A DNA stretch of 64,000 nt from NCBI GenBank assembly GCA_016748015.1, contig JAAOMT010000003.1, forward strand, positions 438,373 through 502,372, given 5' to 3'. The notes beneath the pieces were generated by a model, which saw only the letters and a program-made list of their open reading frames with translations, was not told the DNA's origin and made no database searches. Shown one piece after another: positions 63,120-64,000 of the stretch; the stretch's first letter is position 1; each line of letters starts with the position of its first letter. Made by a program: the position numbers and the translations under genes. This DNA comes from Geosiphon pyriformis uo1. Lineage: Eukaryota; Fungi; Glomeromycota.

Positions 63120-64000
63120 ATGTCTGATCTCACTTGGTAAGACATTAGATACTTATCGAACTTTCCTTTATCTTTGATTATTTTTATTTATCGAGTATTG
63201 TTTGAGTTTCTTCAAAGGTAGTATCTTTTTTAACAACTTTTTTTAACATTAAACATCTTAAAGGCTTCTCATAAAGAACAATAATTCATTCTTGGTGAAA
63301 CGGAACGGCGTGCAGTTTAGTGCTGAACGCGGTAACCTTACCAACCTAAATTCGCATAAATATTCGGGTCTTGCGAACAAGAAGGTACCTTGTGATAAAA
63401 TGCATCCAAATTATCTTGAACATTTCATTTTATAAATTTGTTCCCGCTTTGATGGTGATCAAACGGTCTTTTTTAGGTGATTGGAGTGACTGAGGCACCT
63501 GATAAAAAGGGAATCATAATATCCAAAAAAAAAAATAGAGCGCCATTTGGGAAAATCGCTAGTTCTACCTATGAAACCACTCATACCAAAGGAATTCGTC
63601 GTGCAGCCAGAAGTTTCACGAACGAGTACACACGAGCCGGTTATCGCCCGGATTTACGCAAGGTACATTTTTAATTTCGTGAGGGATTGGGAAAATTCAT
63701 TATTTTTAAAATGAGGGTTTCTGTAAATATTTTACGTGAAAATGCTGCAATTCGCTAGAACCTAGCAGAACTCAGTTCGAATAATGAAAGCTGGGCGTAG
63801 AATCTGATTGCTAGAATAAAAATTTCATTACAATGGTTTGTTTGCATCTGAGCTGTTGGTATGAGGATGAATAGAACCATATGAAGTGAAATATTCGAAC
63901 AAAAATATTATTATTCGTTTAGACACTGAATCTTTATTGATTTATAGGAAGCTCTTGCTCGTATTTCGGCAGTATATCAATCGCAGAAACCTGTCAAAGT
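63120..64000 (+). CDS. RPL28: 60S ribosomal protein eL28 (3' end beyond window)
   Basis: Exons 63120-63136, 63264-63384, 63477-63662, 63948->64000; [19 protein letters not shown]...[20 protein letters not shown]...[16 protein letters not shown]. Confidence 0.93.
63761..63904 (+). ncRNA. Candidate intronic box H/ACA snoRNA
   Basis: Two hairpins (CTAGCA...TGCTAG; ATTTCATT...AGTGAAAT) with internal loops, ANANNA hinge, 3' ATA/ACA; lies in the long third RPL28 intron. Confidence 0.42.

Overview
AT-rich eukaryotic DNA, most likely a Glomeromycotina/Mucoromycota-type fungus (inferred from gene style and TE content). Positions 1-~60.6 kb are a nested transposon block: five decayed LINE copies (ORF1 RRM/CCHC; ORF2 APE-RT-RNase H-Cys) and one ORF1-only LINE-tailed element. 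Into these have inserted four diverged Ty3/Gypsy-like LTR elements (A partial; B, C, D with both LTRs; all minus strand) plus three LTR remnants. The last 3.1 kb hold two intron-rich host genes: Rab GDI and the 5' part of ribosomal protein eL28. The main discovery is an LTR architecture shared by the families. There is no AUG after the PBS; a near-cognate GUG/AUU-Ala codon opens an AUG-depleted N-terminal extension upstream of a conserved capsid AUG. One frame then encodes CA-NC-PR-Cys-rich domain-dUTPase-spacer-RT-RNase H and stops. Integrase is a separate AUG-initiated cistron, followed by a third conserved non-env ORF before the PPT. The elements have TGTTA...TAACA ends, 4-bp TSDs with a central CA/TG, and a covarying LTR hairpin. 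All TE copies are pseudogenised by C>T/G>A changes. A Nextera/Tn5 adapter at 8422-8440 marks an assembly artefact. All calls are by eye; TE edges without a TSD are approximate.
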